Positions 28,269 through 37,979 of a DNA stretch of 64,000 bases are shown here, in pieces (the first letter of the stretch is position 1; the number at the start of each line of letters is the position of its first letter). A program made the position numbers and the translations under genes. The DNA lies in NCBI GenBank assembly GCA_016188495.1, contig JACPHU010000010.1:349-64348 (forward strand), given 5' to 3'. The notes under the pieces were generated by a model. It searched no databases, was not told where the DNA came from, and worked only from the letters and a program-made list of their open reading frames with translations. The stretch comes from Candidatus Uhrbacteria bacterium. GTDB taxonomy: Bacteria > Patescibacteriota > Patescibacteriia > UBA9934 > GWF2-40-263.

Positions 28269-29456
28269 ATGAAATATGTCATTATCGGCGGAGGAATTTC
28301 CGGAACAACCGCAGCGGAAGAATTGCGTAAACGGGATTCTCACGCTGAGATCACCATTGTCAGTGAAGAACATCACCCGTTGTACTCGCGTGTTCTTTTG
28401 CCTCATTACATAAAAGGAAAAATTCCTCGTGAACGCGTGTTTTTGAAGAAAGAGACTTGGTATGCGCAGCAACGCATCGAATGGTTGCCTGGGGTCATTG
28501 CCCAACATCTGGATCCGCGTAATAAATTTGTGGGGTTATCAAACGGCCGCGAATATCCTTACGACAAGCTTCTGGTTGCCACAGGCGCGGAAGTGCGTTC
28601 TCTTGAAGGTGATGCGCGGGGCGTTTCCTATTTTAGGACATTGGACGATGCAGATCATTTTTTACAGCTAGTGATGCAGCATCAAGAGATTCCTCGGGGA
28701 GCTGTGTATGGCAGCGGGTTTATTGCCTGCGAGTACATCAACCTTTTCCATCACTTCCGTATCCCGACCACGCTAGTCTACCGAGGGAATTTTTTTTGGA
28801 ACCGGGTATTAGAACCTGTGTGCGGGGAGCTGATCACGCGTCATATTGTTGAACATGGAGTAGACCTCCATCCCAACGAAGAACTCAATACCATTATTGG
28901 AGAGAAAGAATTAGAAGGATTTGCCACCAATAAGCAAGAGTATCTCGCTCATATTTTAGGAATCGGTATCGGGCTTGAACCATCGTTTTCTTGGCTTAGA
29001 CAAGCAGATGTAGAGGTGAACGCCGGTATCAGGGCTAACGAATATCTTGAGACGTCTGTGCCAGACGTTTTTACGTCAGGAGACGTGGCAGAGTTTTTTG
29101 ATCCTCTCGTGGGAAGACATTTGATGGTAGGAAATTGGATGAATGCCATGAGTCAGGCAAGAACGGTCGCAAAAACAATGACAGGAGAACGGACACGGTT
29201 TGAACTTGTTTCTTCGTATGCAACCAACGTGTTGGGACTGGAAATTATTTTTGTGGCAGACGTTGAGAAAGCTTCCGCTGACCAGATTTACCTTGTCGGA
29301 TCGCTTGACCAAGGAGGGATCACCCAAGTATTTGAACGAAACGGTCAGGTGGTGGGGGGAGTCATGATTGGCCGAAATAAAGATCGTATGCCTATCACTC
29401 AAGCGATTCAGCAGAAACATTCTTGGATTCAACTACAGAAAGAACTTATTTTTTAA
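28269..29456 (+). CDS. FAD-dependent pyridine-nucleotide-disulfide oxidoreductase (ferredoxin/rubredoxin reductase-like)
   Basis: 'MKYVIIGGGISGTTAAEEL' FAD Rossmann GxGxxG; second dinucleotide fold 'AVYGSGFIACEY'; 'TSGDVAEF' FAD motif. Confidence 0.75.
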   Translation: MKYVIIGGGISGTTAAEELRKRDSHAEITIVSEEHHPLYSRVLLPHYIKGKIPRERVFLKKETWYAQQRIEWLPGVIAQHLDPRNKFVGLSNGREYPYDKLLVATGAEVRSLEGDARGVSYFRTLDDADHFLQLVMQHQEIPRGAVYGSGFIACEYINLFHHFRIPTTLVYRGNFFWNRVLEPVCGELITRHIVEHGVDLHPNEELNTIIGEKELEGFATNKQEYLAHILGIGIGLEPSFSWLRQADVEVNAGIRANEYLETSVPDVFTSGDVAEFFDPLVGRHLMVGNWMNAMSQARTVAKTMTGERTRFELVSSYATNVLGLEIIFVADVEKASADQIYLVGSLDQGGITQVFERNGQVVGGVMIGRNKDRMPITQAIQQKHSWIQLQKELIF

Positions 29457-29582
29457 GCGAAAAGATGAGATTGTCTCATTGACAGTTTTCAAGGAATCAG
29501 ATAAAAAAAGACCTTCTTTTAAAAGCAGTTTTGCTTAAAAGGAAGGTTTTTTGTTTCTTCACCCTTCAATGAGGAGGAATCC

Positions 29583-31793
29583 ATGGCTTCATCGCTGGCA
29601 GGTCATCTGACAAGGAATGTAATTCAGCGACATTTTGAGGAACTCGCCGAGCGGACCATCAACCAAGGCATCGCTGCCGGTGATAATGAAAACACGCTTG
29701 CCAAACGTGTTCTGAAGGCGACGTTTGGTCAGGATTCTCCTCTTGTGACTGCAGCCCGAGCCATACCGGGGTTGAACTACGCCCCTAATCTCGTTATCGC
29801 TGCTGTAGCAGAGGTTTTGAATGAACAGGCGTTGAATCTGTGGCCTGGAGATAATCGTCCTGCCATCAAGGCCCTTCGGATGGTTCTCAAGAATACGGCT
29901 CCAGCTCTTCTGGGGATTGGAGACGCTACTGCCGATGTGTTAGAGCGTCGGATCGATGAGGCAGTTGGAAAAGTCGTTTCTCCTTCGACGGCGGCACCTG
30001 CCGATCGAAAAGGAATATTGGATTTAGTCATGGTCATTCCAGGCTCCCGTTTCGGCATGCGTCCATTTTTTCCTGTCAAGAAAGATGCTGAGGGAAAAAT
30101 TGTCTTTACTGAACAAGGAGCGCCTGTAGTTCTTGATCGGGAGTTCACGAACTTTGCCGTCGATTGGATTCGAGAACATCCAAAAACCAAAATCACCACA
30201 GGTGGAGGACGCGATGGTCGGGCTCCGACCACGCAAGAAATCGCTCCGACCGCCCCGTGGCAGGTCTACTCGTTTCAGGAGTGGCTGCTTCTTGTGGATG
30301 GCGCGGATGAGATCGGGTCCGGGGTTGTGGAGAGTCTGCGCAAGCAGTTCGCTCCACCCAAGGGATGGGATCAGCAGATTTCTGAAGAGACATGGGCCAC
30401 GTTTCGGGCAGCCATCCGAACCCGTCATGCTCTGCAATGCGCAGGCCGGCGCAATTGGATGGATCGTCACGATTTCGAAAAGGTGATCGAAAAGATGCTG
30501 CAGGTTCAGCCTCCGGCGTTGCGCGTCAATCAGATGATCGGAGTCGCGTTTTTTCACCGCATCGGCCAAGAGGGTGCTTCGCCCGGTTTCTTTTCCGAAG
30601 AGGCACTGGGCGAATTCGAGGAGACGTTAGACGTCTTTTTGGGTGGAGAACAGGATAGGCTTACCAAGCTCATCCGTGCGGCCTGCCATATCAAACGTGC
30701 GGCAGCCAAACAGGAGATGCATCCGGTCAAAGCACTGCTTGCGATCGCAGGTCTCACGAGCGTGATCTGGTTGCCGATTCTCATCGCCGTTAGTTTATTG
30801 CTTCTTTCCGCCATGATGTTTATCCAGGGCGTTTTTACTCCATTGGAAGGTACTGTTTCGTATCTTGGGATGGATGTCAGCGCCAAGGCGTTCGCGTTAT
30901 GGATGACGTTTGGGGCTGGATGGCTGGCTTTCGTGGTGACGATTTCGTTCCCCATTTTTCAAATGGCTACCTCATGGATCCGCAGATTTTTTCCAGGTAT
31001 GAGAGACGATTGGCTTACGTCCATTGGGAGAAAAATCGTTGCCTTCGGACTTCTGGTATGCAGCGGGATGGAATTTTATGCTGTTGCCCTTAACCTGAGT
31101 CCGTTGATGCGCATGGTCATTCTCGCTTCTGGTGGGGTAGGTATCGCTCTTTCTATGTCGCTTGTTGAAGTCGGATATCGGGCTGAGGCAGAGCGTGCCG
31201 TAAAGAATTCTTATAAGCCTCTGTTGTTCCTTTTCGGGATTGTACCGTTAGGGATCGCCTATGTTTACGGAACGTATGAGGGAAATCCGCAGACGGGTAA
31301 GGCAATCGTCGACAGCTTCTCAGACGTTTGGAACATCATACAGTCCTCCAAGATGATTCAATCCATCGTATTCCTTTTGGGAGTCATTGTATTGGGAGCT
31401 CTCGTAAGGCTTTTGGAAAGGGCTCGAGTGGTCGACGGGTTTGCGGTCAAAGAACGCATCCCCGGCTCTCGCTGGGCAATGGGAATTCTGACGATCATCG
31501 GATTGATCGCGATCTGGTTTCATGAGCCGCCTAAGAAAAATCTCCCTTCGGTATGGAACTCACAGGTTCAGTCGACAGACCTCACCTACGAGGGACCAAA
31601 CGGTAAGGTAAGAGTAAAACAGCAGGTGTATGAAGACGGACTGAAGAAGACTCAGGTCAAGGGTGATATTGAGATTGCTTCACCAACACCTATTCTTCCA
31701 GCTCCAGCTCCTAAAATATCAAACAAAGAACTTTGTGCTGAAGATCCTCCGCGTCTTCCCTTCAGTATCTGTCATGACTTAGGTTACAAATAA
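29583..31793 (+). CDS. hypothetical large membrane protein (736 aa; N-terminal soluble about 370 aa, C-terminal multi-TM), GC-rich by eye
   Basis: Long ORF; many shadow ORFs on other frames consistent with elevated GC; about 8 hydrophobic helices after aa 380. Confidence 0.55.
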   Translation: MASSLAGHLTRNVIQRHFEELAERTINQGIAAGDNENTLAKRVLKATFGQDSPLVTAARAIPGLNYAPNLVIAAVAEVLNEQALNLWPGDNRPAIKALRMVLKNTAPALLGIGDATADVLERRIDEAVGKVVSPSTAAPADRKGILDLVMVIPGSRFGMRPFFPVKKDAEGKIVFTEQGAPVVLDREFTNFAVDWIREHPKTKITTGGGRDGRAPTTQEIAPTAPWQVYSFQEWLLLVDGADEIGSGVVESLRKQFAPPKGWDQQISEETWATFRAAIRTRHALQCAGRRNWMDRHDFEKVIEKMLQVQPPALRVNQMIGVAFFHRIGQEGASPGFFSEEALGEFEETLDVFLGGEQDRLTKLIRAACHIKRAAAKQEMHPVKALLAIAGLTSVIWLPILIAVSLLLLSAMMFIQGVFTPLEGTVSYLGMDVSAKAFALWMTFGAGWLAFVVTISFPIFQMATSWIRRFFPGMRDDWLTSIGRKIVAFGLLVCSGMEFYAVALNLSPLMRMVILASGGVGIALSMSLVEVGYRAEAERAVKNSYKPLLFLFGIVPLGIAYVYGTYEGNPQTGKAIVDSFSDVWNIIQSSKMIQSIVFLLGVIVLGALVRLLERARVVDGFAVKERIPGSRWAMGILTIIGLIAIWFHEPPKKNLPSVWNSQVQSTDLTYEGPNGKVRVKQQVYEDGLKKTQVKGDIEIASPTPILPAPAPKISNKELCAEDPPRLPFSICHDLGYK

Positions 31794-31944
31794 GACACTC
31801 ACAGCAGCCGTTTACACACGAGCTGCTTTTTGTTTAAAGATTTTGAACCATCGTTAGCTATTTTTATATCATTCGGGATCAAGCGGTGTCCATCCTTTCC
31901 GTTGACGGTGACGTAGGGCAATGATACGGTTTGCGAAAATAAAA

Positions 31945-31995
31945 GAATATTCCCTGAGCCTGCCTGCCGTGAGCGTGTCAAACGGTCGAAGGGTC
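31945..31995 (+). repeat. Family-2 short dispersed repeat, copy c
   Basis: GAATATTCCCTGAGCCTGCCTGCCGTGAGCGTGTCAAACGGTCGAAGGGTC. Confidence 0.65.
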
Positions 31996-32128
31996 AAAAT
32001 TCGATGAAAGTAAAACGTTCAAAATTGGATGAGTTGCGCCGGGCTGGAGGAAAAAAATCCGTGAGTCGTAGCCAAATCTACGGCGAACGGATTTTTTCCC
32101 GAGACCCAAGCAGATCGCGGATAATTAT
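31996..32128 (+). repeat. Family-1 element, degenerate copy F (tandem to copy C)
   Basis: Left CAAAATTCGATGAAAG..., right ...AAGCAGATCGCGGATAATT, internal hairpin AAAAAAATCCGT...ACGGATTTTTTC. Confidence 0.45.
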
Positions 32129-32134
32129 TTTAAT

Positions 32135-32261
32135 GAGATCTCTTCAAAAATCGATGAGATTTCGTTGAATGGGGAAATCAGTGATAGAGCCGTATTCAAA
32201 ATACGGTGACGAACCGATGGGGCCCCATGAAACGAAAGATCGCGATTTTTGAAGAGATCTC
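32135..32261 (+). repeat. Family-1 structured palindromic element, copy C, ending 3 nt before tRNA-Ser
   Basis: Outer arms GAGATCTCTTCAAAAATCG / CGATTTTTGAAGAGATCTC perfect 19 bp; subterminal ATGAGATTTCGTTGAATGGGG vs CCCCATGAAACGAAAGATCGCG. Confidence 0.75.
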
Positions 32262-32264
32262 TAT

Positions 32265-32357
<93 letters not shown>

Positions 32358-32388
32358 CGACTACCGTTGTATTGTTTAGAACGGTAGT

Positions 32389-32416
32389 CGAATGCCCTGA
32401 GCCTGTCGAAGGGCAG
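32389..32416 (+). repeat. Family-2 repeat, truncated copy d
   Basis: GAATGCCCTGAGCCTGTCGAAGGGCAG, ends conserved, centre minimal. Confidence 0.5.
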
Positions 32417-32489
32417 AAGTGTAATGGTATACAACCGCTCATGGTCGTTGACCATTCAAATTAGAGAATCGTGCTCTTTAACTCCGTGT

Positions 32490-32753
32490 ATGCAAAACTT
32501 GTTTTTTGTCTATATTCTAGAATGTTCTGATGGAAGTTATTACGCGGGTTCAACAAATGACTTGGAGGAAAGGTTAAAACGGCACAATACAGGTGAAGCA
32601 TCAGAATGGATAAGTAAACGTCGACCGATAAAAATGATCTATCAATAAGGATATGTCTCATTACTCTCTGCACGACAACGAAAGGAACAGATAAAAGGCT
32701 GGTCTCGAAAAAAGAAAGAAAATCTTATCAATGGTGTTTGGAAAAAAATATAA
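32490..32753 (+). pseudogene. GIY-YIG nuclease family protein (UPF0213/YhbQ-like, 87 codons) interrupted by in-frame TAA at 32646-32648
   Basis: MQNLFFVYILECSDGSYYAGSTNDLEERLKRHNTGEASEWISKRRPIKMIYQ*GYVSLLSARQRKEQIKGWSRKKKENLINGVWKKI; both halves in the same frame match the GIY-YIG and C-terminal 'QIKGWSRKKKENLI' pattern. Confidence 0.65.
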
Positions 32754-32791
32754 CAACCCTTCGTGGGGTTTTTTGTTAAGGTGATATCAAG

Positions 32792-33526
32792 ATGTCTATG
32801 AATAGTGGATTTGAAAAATTTCAACCAACACTGACGCAAGATCAGGTCGAGGGGTACCTGCTCTATTGGTCTCGAAAAGGATACCGGGTTGTTTATGGAC
32901 GAGAGCCTCTTGTAAACGGGTGGACAGTGTTTTTCAAACCGATGTGCATGGTAGGCATTCGACCGGGCCAATGTCCTGGGTATTGGTCTGTTCATGTCGG
33001 CCATCTATTGCGATCAATTGGGGCGATCGGAACTCTGGAGGAATTAAAACAATACTTTGAAACGGCATGCGCCTCTCAGGAAATTTCTCTGGAAGCATTG
33101 CCTTCTCAACATCACACCACAGCCGAAGAACCACTCACGTTTTGGATTAAATTAAAATCCATGATCGGCTCCGCGCAGATCACCGCCATATGGGATCCGT
33201 TTCTCACGTCAGAATCCATTGCCAATCTTCGAGACTTAAAGGGTTTAGGGTGTAATTTTTCAAAAAATTTAAGACTTTTAACATCATCAACAGGATCACT
33301 GTCTAAAAACTTTGTTGATAAATTTAATTTTGAAATGGGTATTGCAACCGAATTAAGGTACGGTCAAAAGAAACACGTACGAGTGATTTTTTTGAATGAC
33401 GGACGATGCATATCTCCAGATTTTTCTCTAAATAAGGAACAGCTTGGAACGATCAGTGTTGTGGAGACGGCTCCAAAGCTCGCACTCTTTGAACTAGAGT
33501 GGAAAACTGCGAACCCAGCCATATAA
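32792..33526 (+). CDS. hypothetical protein (244 aa)
   Basis: ORF only. Confidence 0.45.
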   Translation: MSMNSGFEKFQPTLTQDQVEGYLLYWSRKGYRVVYGREPLVNGWTVFFKPMCMVGIRPGQCPGYWSVHVGHLLRSIGAIGTLEELKQYFETACASQEISLEALPSQHHTTAEEPLTFWIKLKSMIGSAQITAIWDPFLTSESIANLRDLKGLGCNFSKNLRLLTSSTGSLSKNFVDKFNFEMGIATELRYGQKKHVRVIFLNDGRCISPDFSLNKEQLGTISVVETAPKLALFELEWKTANPAI

Positions 33527-33736
33527 ATCGACCTGCATGCCTCAAAATCGTCGTCTGATAAAATCTTCTAAACCCTCTCAAACATCTCGCTAGTTTCGGT
33601 ACCTAACCCTTCCCGTCACCTCCACATAAAAACACCGACTCTGTTCGGTGTTTTTATGTGCCCGTGCTGATCTTTGTCTGTCGACTTTACGTGGTTTGAT
33701 CTTAATCTGTGTGTTGTCTGTATTACATGAGATCAT

Positions 33737-34657
33737 TTGATAGACTATACAGATATGACGAGAGAATTTTTTTCAGAAAAAGGAAGGAAGGAAACCGGTC
33801 GACAAAAAAAGTTTCGTTTTGTGATCGAAACGCTCTCTCGGCAACAAACGCCGGAACAAATCCCTGCGTCTGCCCAAAAGCTTCAAAAGGAATTAGAACA
33901 CTTTCCTTTTCAGTGGTTGTTAGAAGAACTTCAAAAAATAAATCGCCGTGTTCAAAGCAATAGTGATTTCCAAGACCATATTGAAGGAATAAAAGGCATT
34001 CGATGGAATGAAGAAACGCAAACGCTGGGATCATATAAGGTCATCAATAATATCATTCAATTAAATCCAAAAAGAATTGAAGAAAAAATCGCCTGGGCCG
34101 TTGAGGATGGATTACCAGAAGAACAAGCAAGAACGTTAGTACTGACTCGTATTCTCATCCATGAATTTCTTCATGTGTATTCAGTAAATCATTGTTATGG
34201 AATGGAATTGTTAACAAACAAAAAAACCGGGGAGATGAACATCGTCAGAGGTGTCCAAGAATCCAAACACCCTGTAGTGAAAGGCGAATGGGCAGGACCT
34301 GAAAAGGTCTATTTTGAAGATTTGAACGAAGGAATTGTAGACCTCATCTCAGATGCATTTTTTCGAATATACATGGAGGATACGGGCGTACCCGAAAAAG
34401 AACAGGAACGTTTTTTGGATTTTTTTGAAACGATAGACTCGAAAAAAGAACACAAATTGTTTGTATTAGATCTTATTCAAAAAATAGCAGAAGACACCGG
34501 TGTTTCGTGGGAAGTGGCCTATGAAGGGTTCATCCACCAATTGAAAAAGGAAGGAAAATTGAATCAGGAACTACAAGAATGGTTCGTGCAATTAGTGGGG
34601 GATGAATTATTTCAAAAAGCAAAATTCGGGGGATTATCTATACAAAATCATGAATAG
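33737..34657 (+). CDS. hypothetical protein (306 aa) with HExxH-like motif 'IHEFLH'
   Basis: Possible zinc-metallopeptidase motif; otherwise unassigned. Confidence 0.45.
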   Translation: MIDYTDMTREFFSEKGRKETGRQKKFRFVIETLSRQQTPEQIPASAQKLQKELEHFPFQWLLEELQKINRRVQSNSDFQDHIEGIKGIRWNEETQTLGSYKVINNIIQLNPKRIEEKIAWAVEDGLPEEQARTLVLTRILIHEFLHVYSVNHCYGMELLTNKKTGEMNIVRGVQESKHPVVKGEWAGPEKVYFEDLNEGIVDLISDAFFRIYMEDTGVPEKEQERFLDFFETIDSKKEHKLFVLDLIQKIAEDTGVSWEVAYEGFIHQLKKEGKLNQELQEWFVQLVGDELFQKAKFGGLSIQNHE

Positions 34658-34749
34658 CCATAATATTCATTGACTTTTCTTGTATTTTTTGGTATCAGTC
34701 TAGCCAGAATTCAGTTCATTAATTTTCAACAACACCCAGGAGACTTTCC

Positions 34750-35553
34750 ATGAAGACGATTCCTGTTGAAGAACTCCATCGATTTCTGTTGATCGAAGCC
34801 TGTGCACACACATCTACCTGGCTCTATGCCTTGCGATGGTCCCCGGCGCGATCTGCGTTATCGAAACTCCTCAAACAAGCGCGAATCATGGTCCCAAGAA
34901 TTGGAACCAATACCGATGTTGCCCGAGAAGCTCGTAAGCTGGCTTATACCATCGAAATGGATGGGGTCGGAGTCGGTGGCTTTACAAAGCTTCCTTCAAC
35001 TCTGTGGCCTAAGGAATTCTCGCAGAACCCATGGGATTACGCGGACAAATATCCGCATATGAAACGCGAACGAATACAGTTTTTGTGGGAGCGTTGGAAC
35101 TTGCGACGAGATTCATTTCACCGACTCACAGAGCGTATAAAGCAGATTCTGCGCGCGATCGAGTTCTTCGATAATCCCCGCGATTGCGGTGAACCGCCCT
35201 ATCAAGGCAATGTAGCCAAAGGGTATCATGCACGATATTGTTTGACCCAGCAGATTGCGATGCCAGATCTTCATGGTTTAGAGAACCAAATCAATATGCG
35301 AATCGTTCGCCCAACGACCGGTGTGGAATGGCTTCATGTGGAAAATAATGAGCAGGCAGAATTTGACGATGAAGCATTGATGCACATCCGAGAAAAAGCC
35401 TGGCAACAAGGCATTCGCGGCATCTTCTTCGTTCAGCATATACCTAATTCAAAAAGAGAAGTCATACTGCGCAAGCCTGCGTCTGACATACGACTACGAC
35501 ACTGGCTGCCGTACGACCAATGGAGACCAGAATACTACTCAGTCTCTCTCTAA
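34750..35553 (+). CDS. hypothetical protein (267 aa)
   Basis: ORF only; terminator-like hairpin CACAC..GTGTGTTTTTTG downstream. Confidence 0.45.
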   Translation: MKTIPVEELHRFLLIEACAHTSTWLYALRWSPARSALSKLLKQARIMVPRIGTNTDVAREARKLAYTIEMDGVGVGGFTKLPSTLWPKEFSQNPWDYADKYPHMKRERIQFLWERWNLRRDSFHRLTERIKQILRAIEFFDNPRDCGEPPYQGNVAKGYHARYCLTQQIAMPDLHGLENQINMRIVRPTTGVEWLHVENNEQAEFDDEALMHIREKAWQQGIRGIFFVQHIPNSKREVILRKPASDIRLRHWLPYDQWRPEYYSVSL

Positions 35554-35726
35554 GAAATCTCACACTCATTGTAAACGCAAGGGTGTGTTTTTTGTTACAA
35601 GGGGATACGGTTAATAAACTATCAAAAAAATAGATAAAGAAAACGTGCTATACTAAAAAAGATCTATGAAATGCTTTGATACATTTCTTGTGCCACTGAG
35701 CGGATTTCATTGTTTATTCAAAACCT

Positions 35727-35757
35727 CAACCATCGGTTGAGGTTTTTTTATTCACCC
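35727..35757 (+). terminator. intrinsic terminator hairpin immediately upstream of ribA start (possible attenuator)
   Basis: AAAACCTCAACCATCGGTTGAGGTTTTTTTATT located 8 nt before the ORF start. Confidence 0.5.
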
Positions 35758-35764
35758 ACCCCCT

Positions 35765-36364
35765 ATGTTCACCCAAACTACTCTTGCGACTAAGTTCGGA
35801 ACGTTCATGATCCGCGTGTATGAAGACGCTCAGGGAAAAGAAACGATTGTCCTTTCAACGCAGCAACTAGACATCACGGTACCCGTTTTTGTACGGATCC
35901 ACAGCGAGTGCATGACCGGTGACACGTTTGGAAGCTTACAGTGCGATTGCGGACAACAACTTGAAACGTTCTTTGAAAAGATGGCACAAAGTGAAAACGC
36001 GGTGCTCATTTATTTACGACAAGAAGGACGCGGGATTGGCTTGTTTGAAAAAATAAAAAGTTACCAGCTTCAAAAAAAGGGATACGACACCTTCGATGCT
36101 AATGTGTTATTAGGACACGGACCCGATGAACGGACCTACGAAAAAGCAAAAATGGCACTGGAGGACTTAGGGATCACTCGCATTCACTTGCTCACGAACA
36201 ATCCTTCAAAAATCCAGGAAATGACAAGGTTGGGAATTGAAATCGTAGAACGAGTTCCGTTGGTCATACCCGCTAATACGCACAACGAGCGCTACTTCAT
36301 TTCAAAAAGAGACAAATTCCATCATCTTTTTAGCGAAAATATAAGTGTACCTTCACGTACTTAA
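35765..36364 (+). CDS. ribA: GTP cyclohydrolase II
   Basis: 'RIHSECMTGDTFGSLQCDCGQQL' zinc-binding Cys triad and 'RQEGRGIGL...KGYDTFDAN..LG...DERTY' GCH-II motifs. Confidence 0.85.
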   Translation: MFTQTTLATKFGTFMIRVYEDAQGKETIVLSTQQLDITVPVFVRIHSECMTGDTFGSLQCDCGQQLETFFEKMAQSENAVLIYLRQEGRGIGLFEKIKSYQLQKKGYDTFDANVLLGHGPDERTYEKAKMALEDLGITRIHLLTNNPSKIQEMTRLGIEIVERVPLVIPANTHNERYFISKRDKFHHLFSENISVPSRT

Positions 36365-36614
36365 AAACCTCACAATCTTCTCTGCTCATTAAAATACCTT
36401 CAAACACACTCTACAAAATGATCAATCCCTCCTCTTCTGGAAAACACACTCTCAGCATTGAGTGACTATAAACACACAGAAGCCTATGGATTTGCGTTTG
36501 AGTAAACAGATTATCTTTTTTCAAAAAATTCGAATATCCGGTGATCTTTTTTCAAAAAAATCTGTTAAAATAGAACTATATTGTTCTACTTTTAATTTAC
36601 TTACACTCATTTGT

Positions 36615-37073
36615 ATGAAAAGATCTGCTTTTCTCTTTAGCTTTCTTTTTATCACGAACGTTGTTCTCACCGGAGTTGGCTGTATCACCTCCAATTCACA
36701 AGATGAAAATCCGAATTCATCTTCGGCGGACATGAAAACAACTCTCGATACTCCGTTTACGTTGGCTCCGAGTCAGAGCATAGAAGTGAATACTCCTGAG
36801 AATTCTGAATTAACAATGACGTTTGCCTCTGTCGAAAACGACTCACGCTGTCCCATTGGCGCACAATGCGTCTGGACAGGAGAAGCAACAGTACAATTAA
36901 CGATTTCATCCGCCGCCATGACGGAACAAAGCATTTCTCTCAAGACGAATAATCAACCTGTTGAATTTAATGGGTATCTGATCACGCTTATAGACTTAAG
37001 CCCTGTTCCCATAATGGATGCGGAAACGGATCCAAACGACTACAGAGCAACGCTCTCCGTTTCAAAAAGATAA
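36615..37073 (+). CDS. lipoprotein, hypothetical (start at MKRSAFLFSFLFITNVVLTGVGC)
   Basis: Signal peptide plus lipobox 'LTGVGC'. Confidence 0.55.
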   Translation: MKRSAFLFSFLFITNVVLTGVGCITSNSQDENPNSSSADMKTTLDTPFTLAPSQSIEVNTPENSELTMTFASVENDSRCPIGAQCVWTGEATVQLTISSAAMTEQSISLKTNNQPVEFNGYLITLIDLSPVPIMDAETDPNDYRATLSVSKR

Positions 37074-37098
37074 AAAGCTCCGTGTATAATAGCGTGAT

Positions 37099-37428
37099 AT
37101 GAAACCTGTTTTGATTATTGCTCTCTTAGCTGTCATGAGTGCTTTTGGGGATCTTTTTATCAAACTTGCCGGACAAGGACCGAAATTCATCGACCTGAAA
37201 TGGTTCATTATCGGAGCTGTCTTGTATACATCAACCATTTTCGGATGGTTTTATGTCATGAAACATATTGAACTTTCATCTGTAGGGGTGATCTATGCCA
37301 TCATGACGATTCTGTTGCTTGTCACCATCGGCGTTGTGTATTTTCATGAAAAACTCAACGGATATGAAATTGTAGGTTCTTTGATCGCTATTGTCTCTAT
37401 CATTCTCCTAAGTCGTTTCTCTTCTTAA
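37099..37428 (+). CDS. small DMT/SMR-superfamily membrane protein (EamA/ArnE-like, 4 TM)
   Basis: 109 aa, four helices, 'MSAFGDLFIKLAG' N-terminal pattern of EamA-like small transporters. Confidence 0.55.
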   Translation: MKPVLIIALLAVMSAFGDLFIKLAGQGPKFIDLKWFIIGAVLYTSTIFGWFYVMKHIELSSVGVIYAIMTILLLVTIGVVYFHEKLNGYEIVGSLIAIVSIILLSRFSS

Positions 37429-37465
37429 AAAAATACGACCTTTTTCAAGGTCGTATTTTTTTAAT
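37427..37465. terminator. bidirectional intrinsic terminator between convergent genes
   Basis: AAAAAAATACGACCTTTTTCAAGGTCGTATTTTTTTAA. Confidence 0.7.
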
Positions 37466-37877
37466 GAATCGTGACATCTCCTTTTTCTGTTGAGAACATA
37501 TCATCTTTTAATCTGCGACTCATTTCTTCCAAAAGAAGTCTTTGTTTCTGAGGATCATTTTCCTTAAGAGTTCGAAGACATAAGTCACGAAATCCTTCTT
37601 CTCCATCTGTTTCTACTTCATTATTCTCCCACATCTCTCGAAATGTTTTAGGTCCCCCCTTATCAATCCAGGTAAGAAGAGGAGGCTGTTCATCCTTATT
37701 TGAAGTGGGAAATGCATCTCCATACACCTGTTGAACACGTAAGAAAAGTTTATAAAGATCAATTTCCCTAAGAGGTTCGCCGTTATACAAACGATCTATT
37801 GCATCTTGAAGCTGATCAAGAGGCCTTTCTTCTTTTAACGGTTTAAATGCAGGCGCTGCTTCCATGGATGGCGACAT
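37461..37877 (-). CDS. hypothetical protein (138 aa)
   Basis: ORF only. Confidence 0.45.
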   Translation of the reverse strand: MSPSMEAAPAFKPLKEERPLDQLQDAIDRLYNGEPLREIDLYKLFLRVQQVYGDAFPTSNKDEQPPLLTWIDKGGPKTFREMWENNEVETDGEEGFRDLCLRTLKENDPQKQRLLLEEMSRRLKDDMFSTEKGDVTIH

Positions 37878-37979
37878 ATCTTGAAAAAGAATTTAAGGTT
37901 ATAAAACAACTTTATCAAAGACCTTGATTATTGGCGAGGGAGATATCAAGAGCCTTAAAAAACGATTACAATGTGACTG

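Noticed and set aside
29777-30955. Several 60-180-aa ORFs on other frames within 29583..31793
   Set aside because: These are shadow ORFs created by high G+C of the long plus-strand gene; Arg/Pro/Gly-rich.
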